The notes: generated from the letters alone by a model not told the origin. A stretch of 33,141 nt of DNA from Piptocephalis cylindrospora (GCA_003614145.1 KZ987743.1:1-33141), one strand, 5' to 3'. Positions 10,859-22,053 are shown, counted from the first letter of the stretch. Numbers and translations are program-made.

Positions 10859-13346
10859 ATGATGTTACGCGGAGGCAGATCCCTTCGTTCCTTGCCCATG
10901 GGCTTCTTTGCGCTTGGGACCAGGGTACCGCCCTCCTTGCCCTCCTTTAAGACTAGGGCATCTCCCTCCCTATCCTCCCTTCGGCCGCTCACTACCTTTC
11001 GCGCTACCCTCCCCACTCGGTCTGATCAGACCCCCCCCTAAATCGGATCCCGAGAAGGAGGATAAGGACAGCAAGGCACAGGATGCTACTCCTGGATCTT
11101 CCTCTTCCTCGAATCCCAAGGATCGTCGATCCTCTACGCGTCCCTCACCCGCCTTTCTACCCAAGGGGTTTGAATCTTTTTTTCCACCTTCCAAGCAAGG
11201 CTCTTCCTCCTCCTCTTCTTCTCCCCCTCCACCACCCAAGGGCTCCTCTTCTTCCCCGAAGAGCTCCTCAACCCCACCCAAGGATAGCTCTGAAAGTACA
11301 CCTCCGACAAGCAACCTCCTCTACATTCTCTTTGCCGTCTGGGTCATCCAGCAAATTATGTCGGGGGACCCAAATGCCAAAGAGATCAGTTGGCAGGAAT
11401 TTCGGTCCACCCTCCTGAACCGGGGTCTAGTGGAGCGTGTCGACGTGGTGAACAAATCTCGTGCCCGTGTCCGTCTTCGCGCCCACCAGTATACTCAATC
11501 CTCGCCCGAGACTCCCTCCTCCTACCCTGACTCTGACTCCCAACCGGCCCCAGATACCACCCCGTCTCCTTCGGGACGGGCTGGTAGCGTCACTTACGTG
11601 TTCAATATCGGAAGCGTAGATACCTTTGAACGGCAAATGAAGGAGGCTCAGGATGAACTAGGCATCCCTACCACCGAGCGTGTCCCCATCCGATATCTAG
11701 AGGAGATCAACTGGCGATCCACCCTTCTTTCTTTTGCCCCCACCCTCCTTCTCATCGGAGGCTCCTTCTGGCTATACCGTCGGGCCTCCCAGGGAGGCCT
11801 GGGTGGATCTGGGGGCCTGGGCGGGAGCTCCGGTTCGGGAGGCGGTATCTTTGGTGTGGGACGCAGTAGGGCCAAGTTGTACAATGAGGAAACCGCTGTC
11901 AAAGTCCGCTTCCGGGATGTTGCAGGCATGGACGAGGCCAAACAAGAGATCATGGAATTTGTCCGCTTTCTCCGAGAGCCCGGCCACTTTGAGCGCCTGG
12001 GAGCCAAAATTCCCAAGGGTGCCATTCTCTCCGGTCCCCCTGGTACTGGTAAGACCCTCCTGGCCAAGGCCACCGCTGGTGAGGCCAGTGTTCCCTTCTT
12101 CTCCGTCTCGGGCTCTGAGTTTCTGGAGATGTTCGTAGGAGTGGGCCCCTCCCGAGTTCGGGATCTCTTTGCCAATGCTAAGAAGCATGCTCCATGCATT
12201 ATCTTTGTCGATGAGATTGATGCCATTGGCAAGGCCCGTGGCTCTGGAGGCGCTTACGGGGGCGGAGGGAACGACGAGCGGGAGAGTACACTAAATCAGC
12301 TTCTCGTAGAGATGGATGGGTTCGGGAGTGATGCTCGGGTCATCGTCTTGGCCGGAACCAACCGTCCTGACGTTCTAGATCCTGCTCTGCTTCGACCAGG
12401 CCGATTTGACCGGCATATCACTGTGGATCGGCCTGATATTGGCGGCCGTGTTGCCATCTTCCTTGTCCATATGAAGCCCCTAACCCTGGCCCTCAAGGAT
12501 GAAAAGGAAATTCGAGAGTTGGCCAGGAGACTCGCTGCCCTGACTCCCGGATTTAGTGGCGCCGATATTCACAATGTTTGCAATGAGGCTGCTCTCATTG
12601 CCGCTAGACAGGAAGCTAATGATGTTCGTATCATCCACTTTGAGTCAGCCATCGAACGAGTCATCGCTGGTCTTGAGAAGAAGTCCCGAGTCCTGTCCCC
12701 CGATGAGAAGAGGACCGTGGCGTATCATGAAGCTGGGCATGCCGTTGCCGGATGGTTCCTCGAGCATGCGGACCCTCTGCTCAAGGTCTCAATTATTCCC
12801 CGGGGCCCCGCTGCCCTCGGATACGCCCAGTATGTTCCCCGGGAACAATTTCTCCATTCCACCCACCAGATCAATGATCGGATGTGCATGACCTTGGGTG
12901 GACGGGCCAGTGAGGATATTTTCTTTGGTATTATCACCACCGGGGCACAGGATGACCTGAGGAAGGTTACCAAGCTGGCTTATGCTCAGGTCCAGACTTA
13001 TGGAATGAATGATGCCATTGGCAACCTATCCTTTGAGGACAGCTCCGGTGAGGCCAGATTCCAAAAACCCTACTCGGAGGAGACAGCTCAACTGATGGAT
13101 CGGGAAGTTCGCACCATTGTCAAGGATGCGTACGACCGTGTCCGGGAGCTCCTTCAGGCCCACAAGGCCGATGTTGAGAAGGTGGCCGAGCTCCTTTTGG
13201 AAAAGGAGGTCCTCGGACGCGAGGACATGGTTCGTCTTGTCGGAGAACGACCCTTCAAGGATAAGAATACTTATGTTGACTATCTCGAGGGGGATGCTGA
13301 CAAAGAGCCCCAGAGTGACAAGAAGGATGAAGAGAAGAAAGATTAG
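10859..13346 (+). CDS. AFG3: Mitochondrial m-AAA protease subunit (FtsH family; Afg3/Yta10, Yta12, AFG3L2-like) with an apparent +1 frameshift at 11031-11038
   Basis: The body has two TM segments flanking EISWQEF...[10 protein letters not shown], Walker A GPPGTGKT (~12033), pore loop FVG, Walker [31 protein letters not shown] and the M41 zinc motif HEAGH (~12726). An Arg/Ser/Leu-rich presequence-like ORF at 10859..11041 lies in the adjacent frame. AFG3 versus YTA12 orthology is not resolvable by eye. Confidence 0.95.
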
Positions 13347-13354
13347 GAAATGAT

Positions 13355-13376
13355 GAGAGAGAGAGAGAGAGAGAGA
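13355..13376. repeat. (GA)11 microsatellite between convergent 3' ends
   Basis: Directly visible. Confidence 0.95.
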
Positions 13377-13497
13377 ACGGCTTGGTTTGGGAGGAAAAAA
13401 AAAGCAAGTTTTATCATTGAGATCACAAAGCCACCAGGGCTGTCTGCTCGTGTATTGCTCCTTGGGGCTCACCCGCTCAAAGTAGATCATCCAAGAC

Positions 13498-15340
13498 TCA
13501 AGCGGACCCGGCAACTTTAGGGGAAAAGGTAGCGGTCCACTGAGCCTTAGTATCTCCACAATCCACAGTTGAGAACACAGTGGTTGCATCCGCACCAGTC
13601 ACCTCTTCGGATTTGTGGTGCTTAGCCTGGGGAGAGACTGAAAGACAGACGCCTGGAGCACTGGTCGAAGCAAAAGTCAGAGCCTTGCCCGTCCCATTCA
13701 CATACCAGTCCTGGGAAGAGATAATACTCTGGGACATAGCAGGTGGATTCTTTTGGATAGAGATCATGTTAGTGCCTAGATACCAGAAGGGAGTCTTGTC
13801 TTTGTCCGCGGAAAAAGACATGGTAAAGGCGTTTTCGACACGAGAGGATGGGTCGAGGGAGAGGACGCAGGAGGCCTCCAGATGATCCCGAAGGATAGGA
13901 GTGTAATATCCATTGCCAGCAACAGCCGAACCAGAGCTGAGCTGAGCCTCGGTTGCGCTGGCGCACATGTACGCGGGGGCGGCTCCTTGCTGGGCCAGAG
14001 GGGAGAAGGCGGCGGTAAGAGCGCTCAATTTGGCGGAAGCTTGAGATGAGGACTGGGTCCCGGAGGTGTGGGACTGGGGTGAATTTTGAGTCCCAGGGGG
14101 ATGAATGGTGATGGGCTGACCAGCATTGGAGCGGTCGTCAGGGTTGTCATCGGGGACCACCTGAACCACAGGCTCAATGGCCCAGGAAGAATTAGTCATC
14201 TGATCACAGGAATTCATGGTCAGGGGAGTGCCAATCGTGACGTTGGTAGAACCGTAGAAGAAGGGAGCTCGTTCCCGAATCCCAATGCAGTTTTCGCCCG
14301 TAGAAGTACCAATGCTCGCAGCATCCATCGTCCCTTTAATATCCAGATCCATGGATAGACCTAGATTAATAGAAAATAGGCTTTTCTTCTTCCGCTGGTA
14401 CGCTGACATGTACCCAACATCGGAAGCAAAGATAAATGCATCTCCTGGGGCGTAGGGGAAGAACAGGGTGGTACGAGCACTGCCTCGAGGCTTGTACGAG
14501 AAGACTGAGACAATGCAAGAGGGGTAAGTTTGGTTACGGAGGACCAAGCCATACGTATCTCTAGCCGGCTCCTTGGCCAGCTGCAGACTAGTCGAGTTGA
14601 GGCACAGGTATCCCTGGACCCCGTTGGTTCCGGGGATCGTAGCCCTAAGAGTGTAGTTGGTCCCAACCGACAGAACCAGAGGGTTATCCGACTTGCGAAT
14701 GCCAGGCGGGGTAAGCGTCTGAGTAGTACCTGTCTGCCCTGGAATGGTCTGTTGGTTGGAGTTACCATTGGAGCCATTTTGCTGATCAGAGTTATTGTTG
14801 GTAATAACTTGCTGGTTGGAGTCACTGTTGGAGCCGCCTTGCTGGTTGGAGTCACCATTGGAGCCATCTTGCTGATCAGAGTTATTGTTGGTAATAACTT
14901 GCTGGTTGNNNATTGGAGCCATCTTGCTGATCAGAGTTATTGTTGGTAATAACTTGCTGGTTGGAGTCACTGTTGGAGCCGCCTTGCTGGTTGGAGTCAC
15001 CATTGGAGCCATCTTGCTGATCAGAGTTATTGTTGGTAATAACTTGCTGGTTGGAGTCACTGTTGGAGCCGCCTTGCTGGTTGGAGTCACCATTGGAGCC
15101 ATCTTGCTGATCAGAGTTATTGTTGGTAATAACTTGCTGGTTGAAGTTACCATTGGAGCTGCCTTGCTGGTTGGAGTTACCATTGGAGCCGTTTTGCTGT
15201 GTGGATGAAAGGTGGTTCAGGGTATCAGAGGTAGAATTTGGGGTCTGATCTTGCTGCTGCTGACCCCCTTGGCCGTGGACAAAGGCTATGGTGGAAAGGA
15301 CATAGGCTCCGATAAGGATCATGGAGAGGGAGTGCCTCAT
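13498..15340 (-). CDS. Secreted protein: signal peptide, Asn/Gln/Ser/Gly tandem-repeat stalk, two Cys-patterned (ricin-B/beta-trefoil-like) domains; interrupted by an NNN gap
   Basis: ATG 15340 begins MRHSLSMILIGAYVLSTIAFVHG-Q, a signal peptide. The same NQQVITNNNSDQQDGSNG repeat frame is read on both sides of the gap at 14909-14911. The frame is then open to TGA at 13498. Confidence 0.85.
14749..15199 (-). repeat. Coding minisatellite: 90-bp unit built from three diverged 30-bp subunits, at least ~5 copies; true number unknown
   Basis: The unit encodes QQDGSNGDSN-QQGGSNSDSN-QQVITNNNSD. Internal copies are identical and terminal copies diverge. The NNN gap lies inside the array. Confidence 0.95.
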
Positions 15341-16119
15341 ATTGAAGTTGAGTATATGTTGATGGCAGGGAGGCGAGGGAAAATGAGAGAAAGTGATGGG
15401 GCCACTGCAAACCAGTGCTAGTGGATGGATGGAGAGGGGAGAATGTGGGAGGGGAGAAGAAAACAGGGAAAGTCGATGGTAGATCCAACGGGAGAAACGA
15501 CCAGCGAGTAAAATCGAAGGACCAAAAGAAGGGATCCAACGACCAAAGCGAATGGGCAGGAAGGAAGGGGGAGAGGAAGAGAGTAGGAAAAGGGGGAAAG
15601 GAAGGAGAGATAGAAAGAGGCATGGGAGTGCGGAGCGAGGGACGTTTCTAGAGCTCTCAAGTACCAGTTCGTCCCATCTTGGCCCAAGATTGCTGTACAG
15701 GACGGAGATGTCGGAGGCTGAAAACGAACATCCATCATTAGTGAACAAGGGCCATCTCAGATGGGCGGAGTTTCAAAACTAGCCCCAGTGACTTTGTATG
15801 GCAATACAACTATAGTATAGGTGTCGATGCTGGAAGGTGTACCTAAAAATGTATGAATCAACGGTGTATTTTATTAGGAGACGCTCGAAGACTAATAGAC
15901 TAAAAACAGTCTATCCACTGAGACATCCCTCCTAGAAAATCTAGGGTTTGTTGAGGTCACCCACTCAGGTCATCGCATTGCCCCGTGAGTTTTTGGAGGG
16001 AATTAACAAAGAGGATCCTTGAGATGGACGGAGAGCTGTTGGTAAAGCCTTAGTGAAATGTGCTTGGGTTATAGTATACCTCGGGGCTCCCCATAGCATC
16101 TAGGAACTTGAGCAAAAGA

Positions 16120-17857
16120 GTGGTTACATCCCTAGCCTCTGCAAAGATGGATGTAAGCCGGGAGAGGTAGTATAATCAGGATCGAAAACCTTGGTGATGG
16201 CGTCGATATCTTAAAACACGAATGTACTCATGTATGAGACAACCTTTTTTGACGAGGTGGGGGGAAAAAGCCTGAATGAAGAAGAGGACAGAGCCCAGAA
16301 GGTCAAGGAGAGTGTTGTTAAGTGACCCTCCCAGTTCCCCCAGACCGCCAATTTCCTTAGTGCACCGTTCATTCAACAAGTTGATCCAAGTCGCGGAAAG
16401 AGAATGTGGAACTAGGGAAGGAATGAGAAGTTAGACGCGCTCAGGACATATCCTCTGAGTGAGACGGTATGCCTAGGAGGAATAGGTCTGGAGAAAGGGA
16501 ATGATCTCTCCAATCAGATGGTTCACCCCACCCATTCAAAGACCCTCCATGCCTCAGCGGGTGCTCGGTGGTAGCAGGGAAAAGGCTATCGGATCCAAGG
16601 ACCCATACTCAGGATGAATCGTAATAGAGAAGAGAGGGTAGCAGAGGATATTGAAACAGTTCAATGGGATATGAGAAAAGAGCTTCCTGAGTGATGATCC
16701 CTTTTTCAGGAGGACCGTATTCTCCTTTACTCTCTATTTCTCCTCTCCTTTTTCCACTCCTTCCCCGGATCCTTCAGAATGGCCTAGTTCACGGTGAAGC
16801 AGAAGGACCTCATGTTGATTCAGAATATTCATCATCCTATTAACGAAGTGAAATGTTTCGTCCACCTCGACCAAGATGGCGTCCTTACGCTCTTTCTAGT
16901 ACGTTGGTACGTTACTAGGGATGACGGAACGACTTTCCACGAATAATTCATTTCCTCGAAAGAGGAGCGCACGAAAAAGCAAAAAAGCTGCACATCCTTT
17001 TCGGAAGAAGTATGAGAGGCTTCCGAGTATTTAGGATAATCTCAAAAGTTGGTTTGATATAGCTGTTCGGTTGGTAACGTGACTGGCATTGTGTAAAAAC
17101 ACCCTTGAGGTCACTTTCCAGTTGATACCTTGGCCATCCCATGTTCTGGGGCTCGGGTGTATTGGAGATGGTGGAGATAGAGAGGATGGAGGTAAGCCTG
17201 TATCCTTTCAGAGGCTCAATTGAAAAAAATGAGTCAATGGGGAGGCAAAGGGCATGAAAGAACTGTAGGGTAGGAGGTACGACGAATTTACCCATCAAGG
17301 CGGTGGAAAGCAAAGCCAAGCGGGTTAAACCAGCACTATAAGAAGAAGACGTATCTATGGTCAGAGAGGTAAATACCTGGCCGACTCGTGTTATCATCAT
17401 CCTCTCTCGGACCTAGTTTTTCACCGGGGTATCCATCTGACCTGGGAAAAGAGAAGGTACTTGGTAAAGCCCAAGCTTCAGTGCATCCTGGTTAGTAGAG
17501 TATATGACAAGGACCTCTTGTCTCTCGTCGTCCTTCTTGGCATTCTGCCGATTTTATAGGTTTGGTGAAAGTGGACGTCTTTGTGCTGGGTTGGGCAGAC
17601 CCATGTTCGAAGCATGACTTCTTATCATTCTTTACTACCTAAGAGGTTCGCGGTGTATATATCCAACAATGGGCATATATTGGAGATGAACAAGGGCGAG
17701 AAATGTGGATAAACTTGAGCTTTCCTAGTTCATATCGCTTACGAGAAGTATACTGCTCAACGACAGTGTACAGATTCTGAGGACGGTTGATTCGGGATCG
17801 CGTGTAGTATGGGGGGTAGGTTTTTAAGAGGACGCAAGTAGAAGAGGAAGGGGGCAT
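16120..17857 (-). pseudogene. Possible decayed or highly fragmented multi-exon gene of unknown product
   Basis: This is high-complexity sequence unlike the local GA-rich spacers. It has an ATG at 17857 divergent from SEC20, residual splice-like signals (GTAAGC ~17739; CTAAC..CCCTAG ~16435-16411) and coding-like fragments broken by stops. No family was recognised. Confidence 0.3.
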
Positions 17858-18227
17858 AATATCGTGAGGAGGGTCAGTCGTATACTGAGTCGAGACTCGG
17901 ACGGGAAGGTAAAGTCGTTAATCAAGGATGAGGATCCGGAAACGTAAACAAAGAAGCGGGGACAAAAGAAGTTAGCTGCATAGCCCGATCATCTTTTCAA
18001 CGTGGTCATTGGGCAAAGGTTCGGGCCAAGGAGAGGCTGGAGGAGCGGTTCCATCTCAGTCTACCATGGTTGTACTTGATCATGCTGTGGTAACATCCCA
18101 ATTCTACTTGTTCTCTAGCTTTAGCCTCCAGCAGCGACAGGCACCACATGGACTCCGACACCTTTATCTTTCCTTCCTTCCCAGACCCCAGTGCCTTCAT
18201 CCATTCATCCCAGGCCCATCACACCTC

Positions 18228-19037
18228 ATGGCTCCTGTTAAACCCATATCGCAGGCGGCTCTCCAGGCCGAGGAGTCTCTGGGCCAGCTCACTCAGCTTC
18301 AGGTGCGCGTATCCCGAATGGTGGCTGAATTACGAGATGCCCCGGTGGAGGGGGCAATCGGCTCGGAAAAATCTCAACAGGAGCTAGCCAGTAGTGCCCG
18401 GGCTCTTCTGCAGGATGCATCCAAGCGTCTGATCAAATGTAATGCCTTGGTAGAGGCGGTGGAGCGACCAGGGGAGCGGCAAGTCCTGTTAGTACGGGCA
18501 CAGGAACAAGAGGGACTTCTTCACCGTATGAGGCAGGATTTGCGTATTGCCCTGCTAGAAGCCAAGGCTGCTTCGGATGCCTACTTTGCCAACAAGGCCA
18601 AGGCTGATCTACTTGCCTCTTCCTCGGGCCAAACTGGTGTCCGGCAGCGTCAGACTCGCGCTTCCTCTTCCTCCTCTCCCCACTCCTCGGTCATGGCAGC
18701 AGCCGACGACGTCACCTCAGCATTGCAACGGACGGTAGCGATGATGAGCCAGGAAGTAGAAAAGTCCGCTTTAAATGCTGAGACTTTGGATGAGTCCACC
18801 CGTCTCCTTCGTCGTACTCGTGACGAATATCATGGTCTGGGTGGGGTCTTAAGGGCCTCCCGTCAGGCCTTGGCTCAGCTTGAACGCGGGGACTGGACTG
18901 ATCGGTTACTCCTTCTCTTTGGCCTCGTTGTCTTTTCTTCTGTCGTCCTGTACATCCTCTCAAAGCGTATCTGGCTCCCTGGCTTTGGCTGGCTTCTCCG
19001 GTCGCTCTGGTCCATGTTTTGGGGCTCATCCAATTGA
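18228..19037 (+). CDS. SEC20: ER SNARE Sec20 (BNIP1-like), 269 aa, intronless
   Basis: An N-terminal helical region is followed by the SNARE motif DVTSALQRTVAMMSQEVEKSALNAETLDESTRLL and then DWTDRLLLLFGLVVFSSVVLYILSKRI (C-terminal TM anchor). The first plausible ATG is at 18228. Confidence 0.9.
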   Translation: MAPVKPISQAALQAEESLGQLTQLQVRVSRMVAELRDAPVEGAIGSEKSQQELASSARALLQDASKRLIKCNALVEAVERPGERQVLLVRAQEQEGLLHRMRQDLRIALLEAKAASDAYFANKAKADLLASSSGQTGVRQRQTRASSSSSPHSSVMAAADDVTSALQRTVAMMSQEVEKSALNAETLDESTRLLRRTRDEYHGLGGVLRASRQALAQLERGDWTDRLLLLFGLVVFSSVVLYILSKRIWLPGFGWLLRSLWSMFWGSSN

Positions 19038-19272
19038 GACGTTCATAGAGATTAGGATTACAGTAGAGAGACAGAGATATTGGAAAATTGATGTATTTGC
19101 TATTTTTACCTACCGCCCAGGAGGCCCTATGAATTGCTGTGGTGTGTGCGCCCGGTAGATGGAGATCCTAACTTTACCATGATACACGATATGATGATTT
19201 ACGATCATTCATTTAATATATTACAGCACTACTCCGGGGATAGGCAAACACCATCCCGGAGACAGAAAGATA

Positions 19273-22053
19273 CTACCGTCTTCTCCTATCCTCCCACACC
19301 TCCATGGCCCCTCCTGTATTAGTCAAACCTAGGAACCGGATACGCTCCCAGAGTTCCGGAAACTCCCCTTCTTCTACGGCCTGTAAAGCCAAACGCACCA
19401 GGAGGCCTGAGCCCACTTCGCGGATCCTACGGACTCCAAGGGCCCCCTCCATCCGGTGCCACACTTGGAGAAGACCGGGTCGGGGGCTTTCCCGGTACGC
19501 GAGAAGGAGGGCAGACCAAGCCCATGGGTCCTGCTGGAGCGAGAGGTGCCCATCTCGGGGCTCTGATCTCTTCATTCGACCCTCCAGCCAGGTAACATCC
19601 CCAGCTCGGGCATGGGCCAGAAGGAGCAGAGATTCGGAGATCCGGTCGGCTCGGTCATGTCCATCTAGTAAGGCCCGGACGGCTCGAGCGTCCCCCAGTT
19701 TGGCATGTAGCCTGGCAAGCCCCGAAGCCAAAAGGATGTTTTGGGACCAGGGGAGCTGATTCAAGGACGGGTTTCCCCGAAGTTGGCCATACGTCTTTTG
19801 GACCACCCCAAGAATTAACCCACGCCGATTCCGTGCTTGTCGTGCGGTGAGGTGAAGAACATGGGCATATAGGTCCAAGATCTCATCCGGCTTGACCCTT
19901 TCACCCAATACCTCTCCCTCCCCTTCCTCCACGTCCCCTCTTAGGAAAGAAGGCTGACCCCAGGAGGTGACTTTGGCAAGGAGGCGAAGGGCATTGAAGA
20001 CCCGACGACCCAGTCCTTCCTCCTTCAGCTTTCCCTCCTTCTCCTCCTCCTCCTCCTCTTTCTTCTCCATTCCTAGCGCTCTCATAATTTCACCTCCATC
20101 CTCTTCATTATATATCGAGGCGACTTCTTGTATGGGGGACGTCGAAGAAGGAAAGAGTGAATATAAATGCAGCATGGGCCAGTCTTTACTAGATACTTCG
20201 GCTCTTAGATTAGCGAGGATTGTGGACTTGGTCAAAGATCCCCCTGCCTCCTCATTTTCCTGTAGATTTTGGGCGTATCGAGCCCACTGGACCCACCACC
20301 ATCGTCGTTGTTGCACCGACCTAGCCTGTCGTATCCACCAGGGGCCCACGTGTCTCCAAGACCACTCTAGGCCTACTGTCCCGGCCCACTCCACTAGAGC
20401 CCGAAGATATTTGGCTTGCATGGCCATAGGGATGGAATATCCAGGGGATACAGGAGGGCGAGCCAGATCCCAGAGAGCACTCAGAGTAAATTTTTCCTTG
20501 CTTAGCGGGAGGGGGATAGTAGGGGGGAGGAAGGCAGAGAGGAGATCTCTAGAGACTGAGGGGGATGCTCTAGGGGGGATACCCGATAGCCATTCCTCCT
20601 CCCTGCGTAAACTACGAAGATACATGGTCACCAGAGCTAATCGGGTTTGCGGCCAAGCCCACCACTCCCCTTGATCTGGCCCAGGCGAGCGACGACGCAC
20701 CTCGAGCAAGGCTCCGCGCCAATCTTCCTCCCATCCAAGGCATACTTCAGCAAGGAGCCGGTCTTTTTCCACAGTGTGGGCCTTTCCACGGCCTTGATAC
20801 CACTCATCCCACCTCTCTATGGCTCTATTTGATTCATTTAGCCTGGCCCATCCGATAATCCATCCTTCTAGGAGTCGGCCTTTCCCAGCCAATCCATGAG
20901 CCCTAGCGTATGTCTCTGCATCAAGCAATATTTCGGGTCGCCTCATACGCACGGACAGAGAAGGCGCCTGATGCAACGAGGGGAGGTCCCATGGGGGAGT
21001 GGCTTTCAGGGATGGACCAAAGGGATAGGTATCCGAATGTTCTAGAATCCCAAATTGCCGACGAACCATAGCCGGAGGTATATAGGAGGAATGATGATGG
21101 GTGGCATGGGAGAGAAGTCGCTTTGCCTCGTCAACTGTCGAGTACTTCATCATGTAGTTGGCGAGAACACCAAATAAAGTACCATTCACTTGATGGATCC
21201 GATCGGTGGGCAGGGTGATCAAAGTGGGGGAGGTAGGAGGGGATGGAAGAAGAGTCCGGATATATCGGAGAAAGGAGGGGGATGAGGAAGGATAGGATCG
21301 TGTGGAGAGAGGAAGGGAGGAGAGGACTGGTGCTAGAAGCCGGTCTATCCATTGATGCAGCTCTAGAAGAGGAAATCCCTGAGGATCCGGAAGGTATAGG
21401 AGGGCAATGAGGGATCGGGAGAATAGGGCACGCCGCCATGCCAGGGCTACCTGTGCATCTGATCCATGTGTGAGAGGGATGTGCATACTTATCCTCCAGG
21501 CCCTAAGAAGATTTGGGGATGGGTTTGAGAACTCAAGTTCAGGGAGAAGGCTTATGATATGTAGGGCTAGGGTTGTAATTTTGCTGGATCGGACATGTCC
21601 CCTGTACAAGTGGTGTCGTAGGGACTTAATGCAGGGGATGGCCAGGTCAGGATCCATGATGGAGAGAGACGAAAGGAGATGCTGAATTTTCCGGAGTGAC
21701 ATGACCTCTCGGTTCACGCGTCGCGGCCCAAGGTTACTTGAGGATGGAACCATATTCGTAGGTGGCGTTGTCCCACTCTTATGGGTCTGAGATAGGGGAT
21801 GGTGACACCCTGCATTCTTCACCGAGGTATGTATCCTTACTGGAGCGCTCAGAGTGGCCGCCGTGCAGTAAGAACGCAATGGGCGTGTCTGCCATAATTC
21901 GGGTATTCGCGGTGATTGGCACCTATCCCTAGGGGATCTCGCGCTGGACCATCCGGCAGGGGCAGTACCATGCTCAAGACAGGGATGTAGGGTGGAAATG
22001 TGTCGCCCAGGTCGACAGGAGAAAACGGAGGACGGGCGCCACCCCAAGCGCAT
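19273..22053 (-). CDS. 926-aa intronless hypothetical protein, probably mitochondrial, helical-repeat (degenerate PPR-like)
   Basis: The ORF is long and uninterrupted, with an Arg/Ser-rich, acid-poor N-terminus. C-terminal ~35-40-aa spaced motifs (LASGLARLHAKLGD, SESLLLLAHARAGD, AWSALLLAYRE) resemble PPR helix A. The function call is inference. Confidence 0.7.
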   Translation of the reverse strand: MRLGWRPSSVFSCRPGRHISTLHPCLEHGTAPAGWSSARSPRDRCQSPRIPELWQTRPLRSYCTAATLSAPVRIHTSVKNAGCHHPLSQTHKSGTTPPTNMVPSSSNLGPRRVNREVMSLRKIQHLLSSLSIMDPDLAIPCIKSLRHHLYRGHVRSSKITTLALHIISLLPELEFSNPSPNLLRAWRISMHIPLTHGSDAQVALAWRRALFSRSLIALLYLPDPQGFPLLELHQWIDRLLAPVLSSLPLSTRSYPSSSPSFLRYIRTLLPSPPTSPTLITLPTDRIHQVNGTLFGVLANYMMKYSTVDEAKRLLSHATHHHSSYIPPAMVRRQFGILEHSDTYPFGPSLKATPPWDLPSLHQAPSLSVRMRRPEILLDAETYARAHGLAGKGRLLEGWIIGWARLNESNRAIERWDEWYQGRGKAHTVEKDRLLAEVCLGWEEDWRGALLEVRRRSPGPDQGEWWAWPQTRLALVTMYLRSLRREEEWLSGIPPRASPSVSRDLLSAFLPPTIPLPLSKEKFTLSALWDLARPPVSPGYSIPMAMQAKYLRALVEWAGTVGLEWSWRHVGPWWIRQARSVQQRRWWWVQWARYAQNLQENEEAGGSLTKSTILANLRAEVSSKDWPMLHLYSLFPSSTSPIQEVASIYNEEDGGEIMRALGMEKKEEEEEEKEGKLKEEGLGRRVFNALRLLAKVTSWGQPSFLRGDVEEGEGEVLGERVKPDEILDLYAHVLHLTARQARNRRGLILGVVQKTYGQLRGNPSLNQLPWSQNILLASGLARLHAKLGDARAVRALLDGHDRADRISESLLLLAHARAGDVTWLEGRMKRSEPRDGHLSLQQDPWAWSALLLAYRESPRPGLLQVWHRMEGALGVRRIREVGSGLLVRLALQAVEEGEFPELWERIRFLGLTNTGGAMEVWEDRRRR

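Noticed and set aside
14912..15183. Mucin-like Thr/Pro repeat frame (MVTPTSKAAPTVTPTSKLLPT) heading ORF 13498..15183, plus antisense hydrophobic repeat ORFs
   Set aside because: These are artefacts of the NNN gap and of a stop-free repeat. Both the signal-peptide frame and the downstream domain frame read the N/Q version.
14749..15199. Regular repeat array as a possible CRISPR
   Set aside because: There are no unique spacers and no cas genes. It is an in-frame coding minisatellite in a eukaryotic gene.
19967..20674. Long antisense ORFs over real genes (e.g. 19967..20674, 11648..12232, 8038..8520)
   Set aside because: These are shadow ORFs of GC-rich coding sequence with no recognisable motifs.
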